The notes beneath the pieces are model-generated. The model was not told the DNA's origin, did not search any database, and was given only the letters and a program-made list of their open reading frames with translations. 33,571 nucleotides of DNA from Nitrospirota bacterium (GTDB lineage: Bacteria; Nitrospirota; Thermodesulfovibrionia; UBA6902), in NCBI GenBank assembly GCA_040756635.1, contig JBFLYJ010000001.1:1-33571 (forward strand), written 5' to 3'. A program made the position numbers and the translations under genes. Positions 32,129 to 33,571 of this stretch are shown here, in pieces (the stretch's first letter is position 1; each line of letters begins with the position of its first letter).

Positions 32129-32237
32129 TAAAGCGGTCAGTGATCAGCAGTAAGCTATCAGCTGATTGCATTAATTGTCAGAACGCCCTTCTTTAACATG
32201 AGCTGACAGCTAAAGGCTAATTGCTGATTGCTTTTAT

Positions 32238-32245
32238 TGTATAAT
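32238..32245 (+). promoter_or_regulatory. extended -10 promoter (TGTATAAT) placing the transcription start at or next to the cysE ATG
   Basis: TG-T-ATAAT at 32238-32245 ends 7 nt before the ATG at 32253. There is no SD between them, so the mRNA may be leaderless. Confidence 0.3.
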
Positions 32246-32252
32246 ACCGTCT

Positions 32253-33571
32253 ATGGGTCTTTGGGATGACATAAGGCATGATTACAAAACCGTTTTTGTG
32301 ATGGACCCTGCTGCCCGGAACAGGCTTGAAGTCATACTGTCCTATTCAGGTTTCCACGCGATATTCTTTTACAGGATCAACCATTTGCTGTGGAAGGCGC
32401 GAGTCCCTTTTTTCCCCCGGTTCCTTTCGCAGGTGGCAAAAATCATCACAGGCATCGAGATACATCCCGCGGCAAAGATAGGCAAAGGTTTATTTATCGA
32501 CCATGGGATGGGTGTCGTCATAGGGGAGACCTCCGAGATAGGCGAGAATGTGCTGCTCTATCAGGGCGTCACCCTAGGCGGTACCGGTAAGGAGACAGGA
32601 AAGAGACATCCCACCCTCGGGAGCAACATTGTTGTCGGCGCCGGGGCAAAGATACTCGGCGCAATTACTATCGGTGACAATGTGAAAATCGGCGCCAACT
32701 CAGTGGTGCTGCATTCCGTACCGCCTAACTCAATTGTTGTCGGGGTACCCGGGAGAGTGATCAAGAAAAAGGTGGTGAAGATGTTTGCCGACGGACCGGT
32801 AGAGATGCTTGACCATGTGCATATCCCCGACCCGATGGATGAAAAATTCGAGGAATTCAGGACACGGATAAATGAACTTGAAAGGAGAATAAGCGGTTTG
32901 GAAGGCAAGGGTGAAACACTAAAGGTATATAACACGATGTCCGGGGAGAAGGAGGACTTTGTGCCCCTCGTTCCCGGAAAGGTAAATATGTATGTATGCG
33001 GAATAACGGCATATGACGTATGCCATCTCGGCCACGCGAGAAGCGCGGTAGTATTCGATATCATCAAGAGATATCTGCGGTACAGGGGATATGAGGTCAC
33101 GCACACGAGGAACATTACTGACATTGATGACAAGATCATCGCGCGGGCCGCAAAGGAGAACATTTCGACTGAAGCCGTGGCAAAGAAATATACTGCGGAG
33201 TATTACAGGGACATGGAGCTGCTGGGCGTAAGCCGCGCTGACATCGAACCCAACGCCACCGATCATATAAATGAAATGATACAGACGATTCAGGGACTCG
33301 TGGACAAAGGGTATGCCTATCCGGTTGACGGTGATGTCTATTTTGAAGTCAGCAAGTTCGCCGGGTACGGCAAGCTTTCAAAGAAGAACCCCGCGGACCT
33401 TCTTTCCGGAGCGAGGGTTGATGTGGATGAAAGGAAGAGAAGCCCCCTTGATTTTGCCTTGTGGAAGGCGTCAAAGGAAGGGGAACCCTTCTGGGAGAGC
33501 CCGTGGGGCAAGGGCAGGCCTGGCTGGCATATAGAATGCACCGCCATGTCGTCCAAGTATTTCGGTGACAG
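32253..33571 (+). CDS. cysE-cysS: serine O-acetyltransferase fused in frame to cysteinyl-tRNA synthetase (3' end outside the window)
   Basis: I hand-translated this frame and found it open from 32253 to the window end. Residues 1-215 are a full short-type CysE (DPAARNRLEVILSYSGFHAI, hexapeptide repeats, DHVHIPDP tail). The frame continues without a stop as TLKVYNTMSGEKEDFVPLVPGKVNMYVCGITAYDVCHLGHAR (CysRS HIGH motif) ...GRPGWHIECTAM. The ORF is absent from the track because no stop lies within the window. Confidence 0.85.
   Translation, partial: MGLWDDIRHDYKTVFVMDPAARNRLEVILSYSGFHAIFFYRINHLLWKARVPFFPRFLSQVAKIITGIEIHPAAKIGKGLFIDHGMGVVIGETSEIGENVLLYQGVTLGGTGKETGKRHPTLGSNIVVGAGAKILGAITIGDNVKIGANSVVLHSVPPNSIVVGVPGRVIKKKVVKMFADGPVEMLDHVHIPDPMDEKFEEFRTRINELERRISGLEGKGETLKVYNTMSGEKEDFVPLVPGKVNMYVCGITAYDVCHLGHARSAVVFDIIKRYLRYRGYEVTHTRNITDIDDKIIARAAKENISTEAVAKKYTAEYYRDMELLGVSRADIEPNATDHINEMIQTIQGLVDKGYAYPVDGDVYFEVSKFAGYGKLSKKNPADLLSGARVDVDERKRSPLDFALWKASKEGEPFWESPWGKGRPGWHIECTAMSSKYFGD

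Noticed and set aside
32561-33266. 200-aa and 115-aa minus-strand ORFs, and the 66-aa plus-strand ORF at 32390-32590
   Set aside because: They overlap the cysE-cysS reading frame, which shows unmistakable CysE and CysRS motifs. They are shadow or out-of-frame ORFs.
1-33571. CRISPR arrays, tRNA/rRNA genes, transposases, integrases, prophage structural genes
   Set aside because: I found no regularly spaced direct repeats, no cloverleaf-like or rRNA-like sequence, and no recombinase or DDE motif in any sizeable ORF. A tRNA could still be missed without a dedicated scan.

Overview
This is a 33.6-kb bacterial chromosomal window, mostly about 45-52% GC by eye. The organism uses selenocysteine and carries sigma-54 promoters and a multiheme cytochrome. 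My guess is an anaerobic Desulfobacterota/Nitrospirota-like bacterium, which cannot be proven from this window. From left to right the window contains: (1) the 3' end of a sigma-54 activator gene and a sigma-54-driven small Cys-rich ORF; (2) a minus-strand arsenic operon arsR-acr3-arsD-arsA that continues into an ECF sigma factor, an AhpD-like protein and a 100-aa unknown; (3) a ~730-bp highly structured non-coding gap; (4) a stand-alone MshEN (c-di-GMP receptor) domain protein translationally coupled to pilT; (5) two tandem paralogous TonB-dependent receptors separated by a perfect 28-bp palindromic REP-like element; (6) a TIM-barrel protein; (7) a SelW/Rdx-like selenoprotein gene with an in-frame TGA, which the ORF track missed. 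At the window centre lies a defence island. It holds an OLD-family ABC-ATPase/TOPRIM nuclease overlapping a UvrD-like helicase (Gabija-like / class 2 OLD, but both proteins enlarged), followed by a strikingly AT-rich stand-alone reverse transcriptase of the Abi/DRT kind. To the right are yceH, a CBS-pair protein, a PsiE-like protein, a CHRD protein behind a second sigma-54 promoter, a glutaredoxin-like protein, a membrane-anchored retropepsin-like protease, and small membrane and zinc-ribbon proteins. These are followed by a GC-rich spermidine-synthase-like methyltransferase, a multiheme cytochrome c, a CBS-GGDEF cyclase next to yajQ, and an in-frame cysE-cysS fusion that runs off the right edge (also absent from the ORF track). 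I recognised no rRNA, tRNA, CRISPR array, transposase or integrase.
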